Source: Azolla caroliniana (taxonomy: Eukaryota > Plantae > Polypodiophyta). From it: a stretch of 64,000 nt of DNA. The translations under genes and the position numbers were made by a program. Positions within the stretch are counted from its first letter, which is position 1, and the number at the start of each line of letters is the position of its first letter. Of the stretch, positions 51,310 through 64,000 are shown in pieces. The notes beneath the pieces were generated by a model that saw only the letters and a list, made by a program, of their open reading frames with translations, ran no database searches and had not been told where the DNA came from. The stretch lies in the NCBI GenBank assembly GCA_043228905.1, contig JBHGNT010000001.1:14508001-14572000 (forward strand). Reading direction: 5' to 3'.

Positions 51310-51928
51310 TGTTAGGAAACAGGTCCCTCCAGATGGTGCAGACCCGGTGAGAACCGGATGAGGAGTACCCGGCTATGGAGAGCCGGATGGTGCAGACCCG
51401 GTGAGAACCGGATGAAGAGTACCCGGCTACGGAGAGCCGAATGGTGCAGACCCGGTGAGAACCGGATGATGAGTACCCGGAAACGGAAGACCCGGTGAGA
51501 ACCAGATGAAGAGACATATTTGTAAATATGTTTCTGAGAGTCCATCGGGGCTATATTTGTAAATAGCCGAAAAGTCATATTAGTATAAATATGACTTAGG
51601 GCAAACAGAATATATAGTTGTTGTCATTCTTGTTGGTGCAAGACTTGAGAGCGTGTAACAATGTATAGAGAGAGAGAGAGAGGAAGAGGGCGTTGCCTTT
51701 GTTGTAACCGCCGCCTGTGGCGAAGATCGTGAGCACGAGGTCGTTGCCTCCGTGAGCTCACTATTGTACATTCTGATATAGTGATAGTTTGCAGTCTGTG
51801 GGCTTCCGTGGTTTTTTCCCAAGTTTGGGTTTTTCCACGCTAACATATTGTGTACTCCTCTCTCCATTGTGTCGTGCTTTCATTTCTCGTTTTTCTGTGT
51901 ATGATTCTAAGCTCAGTTGTTCCTATCA
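51310..51928 (+). repeat. 3' LTR of Copia G
   Basis: Direct repeat of 46534-47201. Confidence 0.95.
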
Positions 51929-52767
51929 TCGCGTTACATAAGGATCTTGTTGTTCTTCAATACCTAAATGTTGTTTCTGTTTCCACATTGACGACCTCAT
52001 CTCCAACACACTCGCAATATAAAATGAGGAAATTGTGCATTAAGAGTATGCTCTCGTCCCCATGTGGCATCATCAATAGGGTTATCCATCCATTGGATCT
52101 TGAATTGATGAATCTCTTTAGAATGTAAAAGTTTAGTTTGAGAGTCAAGAATTCATTTTGGAACATTTATAAATACGGTTGTTCATTTTTATCCCAATCA
52201 AGGTGAACAACACTAGTTACGAAATCACAATATCAATTATTCATTCACTCTCAATATCTTGTCTCCTATCGCAAATTCTTGTCTTCTCTTTTCGCTCTTC
52301 TCTAGCTATTTATGACATGCATGCCTCGATGAAGGATTGACTCTCGAGATGAAGGGAAGTAGAAGAGGAAGAGCGAGACCAACATTGGTAGGGTAATTTG
52401 GGCACACCCAATTTGACTCAACTACAACAAGTTGGAGGAAGACTTTTCAATTCTCAAAATTTTGAAGTCAAGGATAACCCCAACCGTGGATTGGCACCCA
52501 TGATGAGACAAAAGACAAGGGAGATGGGTTAAGACCAACACAAGCTTGCCACTCAAACCAAAACCTTGGTCAAATATGCTCGACAAAAAGCCCTAGCACC
52601 CCAAGGTTTTTTATCGACATTTTTGGATCTACAAGGTCAACCTCTTCTTATTAAGATTTAATACAGAGAAGCAACATGAAGACCACAACCTAGAAGTTTG
52701 CACCAAGTCTTCAACTACACCAAGATAACTGAGCTTAACAAGACTAACAATTGACATTGAGGCGGAG

Positions 52768-53176
52768 TGTTGAAAATAAAGCTCAACTCATATGAACACG
52801 TGCTTATGGACTCGTACTCTGTGTGAACTATCTAGTTACAGAAAGATCATGATTATGACATATAGTTTGTTGTCGAGTATATATGTGGTCAAATAATATT
52901 AGATATTATTGTCAAAGAATTGTACTTGGGTGGATGTCTATGACTAGACTCCACCAAACACATTTTATGTGGTAGCCCCTTGAGGACTTCTATATAAAGT
53001 TCACATGGCCCATTATGTTTACTTGAGCACTTGTATATAAAGTTCACTTGGCCCATTATGTTTTTTTGTTGATGATTTTTCGTTGATCAGTATAGTTTTC
53101 TCTTTTATGTATAAGTTGTCATCCCCCTCCGATGTACATTTCATTTTCTAGTTGTTGTCTTTGATTCCTTCTCTTG

Positions 53177-53245
<69 letters not shown>

Positions 53246-53270
53246 CGTTTCCTTACACTCAGACTCTACA
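52768..53270 (+). mobile_element. Possible old Copia-type LTR containing a (CT)n(CA)n microsatellite
   Basis: TGAGGCGGAG|TGTTG PPT-like junction; duplicated TATATAAAGTTCAC block; microsatellite 53177-53242. No partner LTR or TSD. Confidence 0.4.
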
Positions 53271-54157
53271 AGAGTCAATATTCTTCACACCAACTTTACC
53301 ACGAAGTTCTTAGCAATTTGGATACATTCCACTCTTCGTGATAACCATATACCATATTAATGTAGGCTTTGAAGAAAAATGTGTTAAAAGTTCTTAAAAC
53401 TCAAGGACTCATTAAGTGCTTTAGCAAGCACAACAACTACACCACCAAAGCTTAATCCTCATTCTTATATTAAAGTTCTTAAACTTTTGGTCTTCTATAA
53501 TGCTTTCACATGTGACATCCACTTAAAATTGAGGATGCATCCTATTCATCTACATTTTTTTTATTGTTCCTTGTTATTATCTAGGAAAGTACTCTAAATA
53601 TCTTAAAAGTAAGCGATGTGCATGTTGGTTAGTAGCCATGCCAATGTCACCACTATCTTCTAAAATTGTCTTGTATGTTCTACTCTTGTGGCCACATTTA
53701 GAAAAGCATTACCAATAATCCATATTGCTTTAGCTTAAGGCATGGGGAAATACCTTTTTAAACTTTAGGAATTCTCAATCGCTTTATCAAGCAAGAGAAC
53801 GTAATAATAGAGTTCAAAATGAGGACACCACGACAAATCTGATCATTGATTTCACATTAATCTAGGACAAATTGAAATATGATAAAAGGTTAAGGACTTC
53901 ACCTTTGTTTTAGTTAGTAAGCCAAGTACATGCATCAAAACTTGAATAAGCTACAACACTTTTGAAACTGTTGCTTTTTCTATATTGATAGTTGACATCA
54001 CATTAACTAGGGTTGAACAATGTACTCAAAAAATGCTTTAACAAGCTAAATAACTTCACTACTAAAGTTCAAACATGACCCAACTTGGTCTCATAAACAA
54101 TATATCATTCACAATAACAATATATGATAGTTGGTAGGAGATTAAGCCAAAAGCCAA

Positions 54158-54270
54158 GTTGACAGCACATTAAGTTGAAGGTCGAGTTGATAATGCATTA
54201 AGCGAAATGGTGAGTTGATAGCGCATTAAGTTGAAGGTTGAGTTGATAGTGCATTAAGTCGAAGGTTGAG
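54158..54270. repeat. Minisatellite, ~28 bp x4
   Basis: Units of GTTGAYAGYRCATTAAGTTGAAGGTYGA. Confidence 0.8.
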
Positions 54271-54639
54271 TGAAATACTCGAACTTAGGGACATCTCAAC
54301 TATATTAGCAGGTTAATCACCCCAACCCAACTCATATCATGGTCATAAAACATATGGAAATACTCTGAACAAATAGATGCGGGATTACGTAGGCAACAAG
54401 ACGGAAAGCCACTAACAATCACGGGTGGAATTGAAGCCTAATTGCTTATGGCACACACATGTGAAGGGTGAAAAGCTGAAATAAAGATAGATAATCAATC
54501 ACTCGAAGGGAGACATAAAAAGGATGATATATTGTGTATGTATGTACTTAAGGCGAAGGCTTGGGCAGGCTGAGGCCAGGTCGGTTCAGGTTGGGTGATT
54601 TTCTTAAGCTTTAACTTAACCATGGTTAAGTTCCCGAAG

Positions 54640-55130
54640 AAGGGCTTTCTCTCTCTCTCTCTCTCTCTCTGTGTACAGAAAAAGGAAGCACAAAATCCAT
54701 CCACAACCAAAGACATAAAGAAACCATAGAAGACGAAGACGAAGACGACGACGACGACGAAGAAGAAGAAGAAGAAGAAGAAGAAGAAGAACGACAACGA
54801 GAAGAACACTGGAGACGCAGAGGCTTCTCATCCCCAGAGCGTTTTTCTGCGACAACCCATTTCTTCCCCGCTCGTCTATTGTATTTGGGCACTTTTAGAT
54901 CAAGCCTTTTTCATCCCCTTTACCTCGTTTTGGCCCAAGAAGAGGAAGAAATATCGGCGCTTTCTTGCCTTCTTTCTGTGGTTCAGATCCATCACAGAAG
55001 GCCATCCTTTCCTTCTGATTTATTTGGAGATCCAGGGGTTATTTCGATTTACGGTTTTATGTGATGAAGGGTATCCTGAAATTTTAGGGTTTCGGAGATC
55101 TAGTTTTTCATCGCACAGAGGTTTTGCAAG
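54640..55130 (+). promoter_or_regulatory. Probable promoter-proximal region / 5'UTR exon of the CPL3 gene
   Basis: (CT)n 54647-54670; (GAC)n(GAA)n 54729-54800; telo-box-like TAGGGTTT ~55085; donor AAG|GTATT 55131 and acceptor GACAG 55608. Confidence 0.55.
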
Positions 55131-55627
55131 GTATTATAAGTCATAAAAGAAGTTCTTTTCTGGGTCCTTTTTGGAGATAGAAACAAAGAGCTTGAAAAAA
55201 CTCGGCCAAGTTAACCGAAAACATGTATATGATACCGCTATAGACTACCTTTAGAAAGGATTAGTTGAGTTATTGGATTTTTTGGCCATATTTCTGTCCT
55301 TGATAGATGCGTTATTTGTTAAAGACCAAGACTTCATGGTTCGACGAAAGAAAGGACTTCAGTTACCGTATCAAGGCTCTGAGCTTCTTGTTCAGATGCG
55401 GTTGTTGAAGATAATACATGCATTAACATGTGTATCATTGCCTTTAAACTGAGAACGTGATTATGTTTTTTTTGCCTGTCGACTGAGAAAAAACATGTTC
55501 CCAACAACTATTGGTCAATGTACCTGTCAAATATGAAGCGGTGAAGTGGCAAAGAATTTTTGTATAATTTTGCTGATTGTATAGCCATCCATTTTGTTCA
55601 TTTGACAGAGAAAAACGTAGTCATATT

Positions 55628-58600
55628 ATGAGCATGATGGAGATCTCAACCAAGTTAGATCTTAATCGGGAAAACTATGATGAATTATTAGATCTTAATT
55701 GTGAAAATCCCAGTGAAGTAACTGATCCTCAAGAATATCTATGTGCCTTGGGACCTGAAGAGGTGGATATGTCAGGAATGATGAACAATGCTGAGATTGT
55801 TGATGAATTGCCAAACAATATAATGAAACAACCCTCTGATGATCAGCAGTCTGAAGAGCCAGAAGAAGGAGAGATTTCGGATGATAATGAGCAAGTTATT
55901 GGGGATCATGATGAATGTGTTGGTATTCCTTCTTCACTTGAAAAGGATGAATCTTCTTCAATGCAAAAAAAGGAATTTGATCCATCGTCCTCAAAATCAT
56001 CTGCATCTGGTCCTTTTGTTAGATGGCCTAATGGGGATGCGATGAAGTTTTATCAACATGCATGGGCTCAAGGTGTGCAAGGTATCCTAAAAGAATCTCC
56101 AGGAGATTCTCCTCTTGAAGACACTGCTTCAATGAAGGGGAAGAAAAGTGGAGATTCTGATTCTCCCTCTGTCCCAACGGAAAGGTCAGCATCATGGTCG
56201 GGAAATAAGGACATGGACCATACAAAAGTTGGATTGATAATTGGTGATCATGGCATGGAATATGTAAACTTCTTGAGAAGTGATGATGGGTATATATATT
56301 TGCAAGATGGGGGGGAACGATTAGGTAAAGGGAAAGGAGATAAAACGATCTCTGAAAAACTTAAAGAATGCCAAAGATGGCAGGACAGCAATATGTACTC
56401 GAAAGAATCTGATAAGCAAGCAAAATGTATGAAGGACTGGGAGAGGAGATTGGAAGAACAGCCGTTTTTACAAGGAAATGCTAATCAAAGAAGTGACTAT
56501 GATACTTCTGATCAATACGGCATCATGTCAGACTCACTGAAAGACAAGTTTCTCACTGAATGTAGGGCATTATTGAGCAATGTTACCATCAAAGATGCCC
56601 AGAAGTGAGTATCTTATGATCCATTCAGAAACCGTAAATACTCATGCATTCATTATATATCACATATTGAAGCTTTCTAAGTGATGTATGTAGGTCTTTT
56701 ATCAGTGTTTGTAAACGTCTGCGAAGGTCACTCAAGATTCTTCGTGATCTCAATAAAAGACCTGGATCACAGTTTCAGCACCTTGAAGGATATCAATGGA
56801 AAGTTTTTGCTCTGACTAGGGACGCTTTTTCAGGAATAAGAGCAGCTTATGCTGTGGTAAGATGATTACCGCTATTTATTATGAAGAAATGTGAATCTTC
56901 TTTGGGGTCTTGACCTTCAAGAATGTTTTTGTCTCTCCAGGTTCGAAGCATTGACATTGGAAAAGAACATGAACAAAACACAGATGCATTTCTGAGGTTT
57001 AAAAAAGTTTATATGTTAAGCTTTGTTTGTGCTCATATTTCTTGCTAATTTATTCAATCTTTTCACAAAACAATGCATAGGTTATTAGACCTTGCGAGGA
57101 ATAGATGTCAAAGTCTTTTCACGTCCAACCAAATCCAAGAGGTCAGAGTAAAATTTCATTTTATCATGAAGTGGTTAATATGTAGGATATTGCCATGATA
57201 AAATGTGTATTCTTTTTTCTCATTAGTTTTTCATGAACTGCAGCTTGATTCTTTGATGATGATGGTTGGGAATCAAAATAGGAATATCGGTGATTATATG
57301 TTAAAGCCATATATGAAAGGATATGAAAATGAGAGGGGAGAGGATAAAGACTCAATGTTTTTAGAGTCCTCGTGCAATACATCAGCAACAACTCAGCTAG
57401 AAAGTGACACTAGTACAGACATCTCTGCAAATTGTGGAGATGAAGCTGAGCAACCACCAAATCAAGCCTCTGAAATGCATCTTTCTGGTGGGATTTCAGC
57501 CAACAACTCTATCCATATATTAGACAACACTATGGCAGGGAATATGGGCCTTGGTGGTTGGTTTTCTTCTGTCCCTGAAGAGCTCAATGAAGATCAATCA
57601 CATGTTTTTGCAAAAGAAATTGGCCCGAGTTCAATCCTGACAACAAATGAAACAATGGATTTTCAGGGTGACATGAATACAAATTCTCTACCACATTTTG
57701 TAGGGGGTGTGGTAGATACCAAAAAGATGAACTTTCCAGAGAGGGAGATACAAGTTCCTGCTCAGAGAAACCATGGATTTTCATCACACATGGATCCTGT
57801 CAAAGCTCTCTCTTCCTATCATGAAAGGTTTGCTGGTAAATCTCGCCCAGAATATACTCGACTTCCGAGTCCAACACCTGATGGTGAAGATGAAGATGAA
57901 ACTGTGAAGGGCAAGCTTGAAACCTCTGCAACATTTGTGGATTCTAGAGAAGCACAGGGTGCTGGGAGGGAGGGTGAATCATCGCAAGATTCTCAACAAA
58001 ATTTCTCAACTTCAGGTATTCCTCAGCCAGAACCACTCTCAAATGTTAAAGATAGTTCTGGGCTATTACAAGTGGAGGATCGGGAATCAGAGACAAACCA
58101 AGCAAACTTAATGCTTGCAAAAAAGAGTCGTGATCCAAGGAGAAGGCTGGGCAGTCAACCAATGGTCTTAGATCTCTTACAACCTACTGTAAAAAATGAA
58201 GGGTATAAAAATCTTTCTAATGGAACACTGGTCTCAAAGCAACAGGATGTTCTGCCCAAAGATGAACTAGTTTCGCTTCTATCATTACGAACGGGAGGAG
58301 GATGGTTAACGGAACCAGAATTGATACCTGGAACTAGTATATCTGGAACCTCAAGTATGGACATAGATAATGAAGCTTTGCAGATGACTGTGGAATCTTC
58401 CAATATATCTTCTGAACGGAAAAGGCAGTTTGAATTATTAAGCCAAGAAAACCCTGCAAAAAGGCACAAGTCTACAGAAGGTATTAAGGAAGGTGATGGG
58501 TTGTCGTTGCTGCAGATTACTGCGTTTGCTGATGATGCGAAACAGTTGCTTATGGATGAGAATACATCTTTAGTGAGAAGACCACAATCTAAGCTTTCTG

Positions 58601-60741
58601 ATTCAGCTTTAGAATCCCCAGTGAGTTTTCTTTTCTGTGTTCTTTTTATGCTATATCTAAGGTAAATCAGACTTTGTGATGTCTTGTGTTGGGTGCCGTG
58701 ACTCGGTTTTTTCTAGGCTGACTCATCCAAGCCGAAAATGAAGCCTAGGGATCCTCGACGACTGCTTCTTGGGAGTTCTCTTGGAAAGCTTAAATCTAAT
58801 GAAGAGCTACCTGTGAGAGATAATGTTGCATCTCTACCCGTAATGGAGAACAATGGGATTCCTCAGTCAAAAGCTGAGGGAGCTACTAAGATGGGTTCAA
58901 CAGCTGACAGAAAGCCTGTCTCTTATCCTAACAGAACAGACATATCAGCTGCATTCGTTGAAGATAAGGATTTGAATATAATAAACAATAAACCAGAAGA
59001 TTTATTGAGGGTAAGCAAATCCATTGATATTGCCACGAAAGTTCCGGTTAACAAAATGGAGGTTAAGGTGGACACAAGTGCATCGATGGCAGCTCCTAAG
59101 CAAAGGGAAATTATTAACCACTGGGATAATTTGGAACCACTACTTGAAGGTCTTGAAGAGAAGCAAAAGCAAGCTGTTAGACAGGAAAGAGCGAGAAGAA
59201 TAGATGAACAGAGTAGAATGTTTGCTGCTAGGAAGCTATGTCTTGTGCTTGATCTCGACCATACCCTTCTTAATTCAGCTAAGGTAGTACATAGATAACA
59301 TGGGGCCTTTTAATTTTTCACTCTGTAGGTATTCTCTATATTTTCTTGTCTTTAGCCTTTTTATTTCTACTATTTAGTTTGCTGAAATTGAAGAGGAATG
59401 GGAGGCCAAATTACGAGCAAATGAAATAGCAGAGCGTGCTAAGTTTGCCAAGGAGGGCAACAAGAGGGAGCTTTACCGCTTCCCCCATATGGGCATGTGG
59501 ACGAAGTTGCGACCTGGCATTTGGAACTTTTTGGCAAGGGTAAAAAGTCCATATTTGGTGGTTGTTTTGCTGCAAACAATGCACCGAAGTGTCTATTTCT
59601 GTCCATAGTTCTTGTTATCATTGATGAATTTCCTCATTTTGTAGGCTAGCCAACTATATGAGCTTCATGTATATACGATGGGTAACAAAGCATACGCAAC
59701 GGAGATGGCAAAGCTTCTTGACCCCACAGGGGTTTTGTTTGCGGGGAGGGTGATTTCTAAGGGTGATGATGGAGATGTGGTAGATGGAGATGATAGACCT
59801 CCCAAGAGTAAGGACTTGGATGGTGTGCTGGGCATGGAGTCGGCTGTAGTCATCATAGATGATTCAGTGCGGGTTTGGCCCCACCATAGACATAACCTTA
59901 TTGTTGTGGAAAGGTGAGTTATAATAGCTCCAACATAGCCTAACTGTTTTAGCCTCTGTTGAATGTTTGCTGAGGCTGAAATGTGGCGAGAAATCACTGC
60001 AGATACATGTACTTCCCTTGTAGTAGAAAGCAATTTGGGCTGCCTGGTCCATCATTGCTAGAAGTGGGTCATGATGAGAGAGAACAAGATGGGATGCTAG
60101 CATCAGCTTTGATGGTTTGATGTCTTGCTTATGGAAGCATTTTTGTTACCATTGTTTGGACACAATTGACTTCAAATGTCTTATATATTTGTTCAGGTGA
60201 TCGAGAAGATTCATTACAACTTTTTCTCGAACCCAAGGCTATATGAAGTAGATGTGCGAGATATACTTGCAAAGGAGCAGCGGAAGGTTTTAATGGGCTG
60301 TAAGCTTATATTCAGTAGAGTTTTTCCACAGGGAGAGATTCAACCACATCTGCACCCTCTCTGGCAGCTTGCGGAACAATTCGGTGCAGTATGTTCCATG
60401 GCGATAGATGAAAGTGTTACGCATGTCGTGGCCATTTCTCTAGGGACCGACAAGGTAATGTGAATGCAGCCTTCAAAGGAAGAGAAAGAAAGAGGAGGAT
60501 CAAGGTGCATCTGGTGATCTGATTTGGTTTTGGCATCATATGATTTGCAGGTGAATTGGGGCTTAACTACTGGCAGATTTGTCGTGAGGCCAGCTTGGTA
60601 AGTATATATGAATGCGACCAGTTCTTAATTTTATTTGTCCCTTTTGAGAACTTGTGAATCAATTGGTTATTGTCCAGGTTGGAGGCTTCAGCAATCCTAT
60701 ACCGACGAGCAAATGAGCGAGACTTCTTGGTTCTACCTTAG
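55628..60741 (+). CDS. CPL3: RNA polymerase II CTD phosphatase-like 3 (FCP1-type HAD + BRCT), ~1370 aa. Coding exons: 55628-56604, 56694-56856, 56941-56996, 57081-57141, 57244-58620, 58717-59283, 59378-59539, 59645-59913, 60003-60114, 60197-60454, 60551-60597, 60678-60741
   Basis: EEGEI, LPSPTP, KSRDPR, MKPRDPRR; RKLCLVLDLDHTLLNS (DxDxT); MWTKLRPG; YTMGNKAYATEMAKLLDP; IIDDS; YFPCSR; BRCT VTHVVA...GTDKVNW...W. All introns are GT-AG and the joined 4113 nt stays in frame. Confidence 0.93.
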
Positions 60742-61869
60742 ATTCTTTTCATAGCAAAAGCAAATCTGGTTTTTATTTAACATGCATTGCATATAGAAAA
60801 GAACCCATACGACACAAGCTCCAGTGCATCTGCTTGCATTGAAGCAGCCTCATCCCAGGGCGGTCATTCATCGTTCTTTTGAAATACAGAAGATCAGATG
60901 AAATATAGTTTTTGGTCATAATGCTAGATTGCTTCTAGTTTAGTTTAATGGTATCTTTGTCTCCATCCAAGATGGACGGCTGGAGTTGATGATACCATGC
61001 TTCCTCAAAAATGTGAGGGGTTCAAGGAATGAGTGTAAAGAGATTAAAAACTGTAAAGCGAAAAGGCCATTTTGAGCTTTTTTTGAGATCTCAAGGGACA
61101 TAATCAAGATTTAGGAGACTTAGCAACTCTCCTGATAGTGCCCTTTGAGCTTTGCATGGAGGACTTCCTCTTCTAAGGTGTTGTTAATTTGGGGAGGGTT
61201 TGAAGCGAAGAGAGCATTGGCATTTAGTTACTCGTGATATATCCAAAGTTATCATACCACCACATGCGTCCTATTCAAATACGCGTAGTAATAGATGGTG
61301 ATTCATATACAAGATAGCATAAAGACAAAAATGAAGAAACAACCCCCAAAACGTACAAACGAAATCAATGAATTCATACCAGTAACCTTGCTAATGACAT
61401 TAATGAATGCAATTGCTATAAGGACAGTAAATTAAGCCTGGCAAATACTCCAGATATTCAGTAGGCTTGCATTATTCAAAGAAGATCGTGAGATGTGATG
61501 AACAATATATAGTTGATGGTTGCATCTAGTACTAGAATGGTTAATAAAATAGGAGCGTGACAACTTGAACTTGATAGTACTCATTAAAACTATGTGATAG
61601 TGCATTTATCATACATCTAGAAATAGCACATTCTATGCAGCTATGATTGTGTTGAATTGAAGGAGTTCAAAGATGGTGGTTACCTTTACTGTAAAATGCT
61701 GGAAAGGGTTTCTTGTCTCAAATTAGCGTGATCTCAATATATAGACTTTATGGTGGAAGGTTTGACCATTGGATTATATATAGAAATGCAATTATGTTGT
61801 GCACTTTGATTGCCATAATTGTTGACAATTTTAGCATCAAAATCTTTGCAATGGTTAGAATGCTAGTTC

Positions 61870-62724
61870 TTGTTTTTAATACGTCTTGTGTGGAAAATAA
61901 GGAAAAGGGGCAAGGTTTGAAGATTTGATTTAGGAAAGGTACATATATCATAGTAGAAGCAATTGGTTGTTGAAAGTTTCTAGCCTAATTGCAAATGTGA
62001 AATGATGCTTGTTATGTTTGAGTGCATGAGGTGAAACTTGTATTTGAGCATTGAGATGAGCAAACTTGAAAAACAACGAAAGGAAATAGTTTACAATGGG
62101 GTAGGAAATAATGAACAGAGGAAGCAAAAGCAAAAGCAAAAGCAAAAGCAAAATGTGAATTAGTGGGTTTGGTGTGGCAATACCTAAGACAACAATAAGA
62201 AAAAACAAGAGCAAGAATGAGAGTGAACCTCAAATAACAGTGCAATATTGATTTTAGTCTAATATGAGCTCAAAGTTCTTGTTTGGACAAAGCTACGAAT
62301 TGAGACAAAAATTTATTGCATAAACCAAGCTAAGATGATCAACATATGGAATAAGGATGATGAAATTTCCATCTTCAGCCTTCTTGGTGTACAAACACAC
62401 ATTTTCATCATGATGAAGGTAGTCATTGGATTGCATGTGTTAGTGGAGCTACATATATCATTCTAAGGGAAATGCTCGAGCCCATGAAGACTCTTTTTCA
62501 GCATGCAATGGAATGTTCCTTTTGGGGAAAGATGGAATCGCAACACATTGAATATAAAATTTGTCATAAACATCATCATGAAAGAAGAAGCATTTTACAT
62601 CAAGTTTGTCAAACTTCCATATAATAACAATCGAAAGGAAACACCAAATGGTGGAAAATTTGACAACAAAATATTTTGTCCAAGTTAGTACCATGCTAAT
62701 GCTTAAAGCTTCATGTAATGACAT
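61870..62724 (-). pseudogene. Highly decayed Copia RT/RNase H remnant
   Basis: KLDVKCFFFHDDVYDKFYI resembles QLDVKTAFLHGDLEEEIYM; HALKHNKHHF resembles HxRTKHIxxxxHF. Confidence 0.6.
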
Positions 62725-63696
62725 GTGCTTGTAGTTAGGCTTTTCATTTGGACCGATTGTTATTGTGGGGGAAGTTCACAAGCTCATGTGCATTGTTTTG
62801 AAATATGGGCTTAATCTTCAATTCCATCACCAATTTCCAGGTCAATCTATATGTCATCTTCATATTTTTTGATGAAGCATGAGAGTTCACAAACCTATAG
62901 CCCATGTCACCTTTTGGGACTAAAGAAAAATAAGACCAACTTTTTCACCCTTCGGAAACTATGGGAAATGAAACCTCACATCCTTCGCTTGATGTTTGAG
63001 ATTACACCAAAGATAATTCAATGCATGGACATAAGATTCACATGGAAGGACTCAAAGATGGTAAAAAAAGGAAAAGTAGTTCAAGAGTTTGCAAGGATTC
63101 TTGTGCTGAGCAATGTGTATGGGATGAATCACCGTTTGCATGTTTTACTCCAAAATGGTGAAAGGTTAGCTTTTCCAATGACTCCTCCATCAAGAAGGTA
63201 CCTGCTAGATGTGGACATAAGCGTTACATTCAAACACGTGAAGATAATATAGTTGTAAGAGAGCCCTTCCATTCCAAAAACATTCTCTACCTCCTTCATT
63301 GAATGATAACATGGGTGTAGTTGATAAGATGAGCCCCCATTTGCACACAACCCTAAAGTACAAGAATTTATGCATACAAAGTTGGTGACACTTCTTGGAT
63401 GGTCTAAAAATATTGAAGTTGATTGGCGGAAGATCTAGTACAATTATCACTATCCAAACATTAAATAAAAAAAATTGGATCAATTTCAACTTATTTAATC
63501 CATTCGAAAACAACTAAAGTATTGATATACCTAGTCAAGGCACAAATGTTGGAATTTACCTAAGCTTAAATAGAAGTTTATGTAAAAATGAATGCAAATT
63601 AGCACACAAAAATATATGAAATGAATGTTGAAAATAACTTTAATTTAAAATAGAAACTAATTAGTTAGGAAGCATTATCTAAAAATAGGAGTGACT

Positions 63697-63889
63697 GTTA
63701 CAACTACAACAAACACATTTTAGATGTATTTAAATCACTACAATACCACATATTTGTGGGTGAGTTCATCAAAGAATACATGTACAAGTTTATACGTTAA
63801 TTCCAATATTTAGTTTTTAATCTCTTTCCTCTTCATCTCTGTCCTAATCTCTGTCTGTCGAAGTTATAATCCTTACATGGTATCAAAGC
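63697..63889 (+). mobile_element. Possible 5' LTR and tRNA-iMet PBS of an element continuing beyond the window; left boundary uncertain
   Basis: ...CCTTACA|TGGTATCAAAGC at 63871-63889. Confidence 0.45.
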
Positions 63890-64000
63890 AGAGTTTTGAT
63901 AAAAAACCTGAAAGTTATCCTCTTGAGCCATATATCTCTAAACCATTAGTCATAATCCCTGCACACTCAAAGTTATCCACAATCAATATGACTACATCAA

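Larger units (their letters stand above)
46534..51928 (+). mobile_element. Ty1/Copia element G (Tnt1/Tork-like), near full length
   Basis: LTRs 46534-47201 and 51310-51928 (the latter with a ~30-bp U5 deletion). PBS TGGTATCAGAG 47205. PPT GAAGGGGGA ~51298. TSD TCTCG/TCGCG. Confidence 0.96.

Noticed and set aside
54495-54892. Poly-F/L/S ORFs
   Set aside because: Translations of the (GAA)n/(GAC)n microsatellite.
62851-63252. 133-aa ORF as a host gene
   Set aside because: No motifs; it lies in AT-rich decayed TE sequence.

Overview
Eukaryotic land-plant genomic DNA; a non-seed plant is plausible but unproven. Bases 1-~52,000 are a pile of nested, mostly decayed LTR retrotransposons. (1) Four members (A, C, D, E) of one chromodomain-less, Athila/OTA-like Ty3/Gypsy lineage, with TGTTG...TAACA LTRs, a tRNA-Arg-type PBS and a large extra ORF after pol (seen in A, C, D). 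(2) A fungal-like Gypsy (F) with a tRNA-Trp PBS and a 4-bp TSD. (3) Two Tnt1/Tork-like Ty1/Copia elements (B, G). (4) Three solo LTRs. Nesting: A in the 5' LTR of C; B and a solo LTR in C; D and a solo LTR in E; F and a solo LTR in D. From ~54.6-60.7 kb there is one intact host gene with 12 coding exons, an RNA polymerase II CTD phosphatase-like 3 (CPL3; FCP1 HAD + BRCT). The most striking observation is that A, C and D lack a polypurine tract. Instead, 2 nt before the 3' LTR, they carry a conserved ~40-nt covarying stem-loop resembling the 3' half of tRNA-Arg (ending GTGCCA in A and D, GTGCCG in C), complementary to the lineage's PBS. This suggests an unusual priming mechanism. Identities and tRNA matches are by eye and from memory, not computed.
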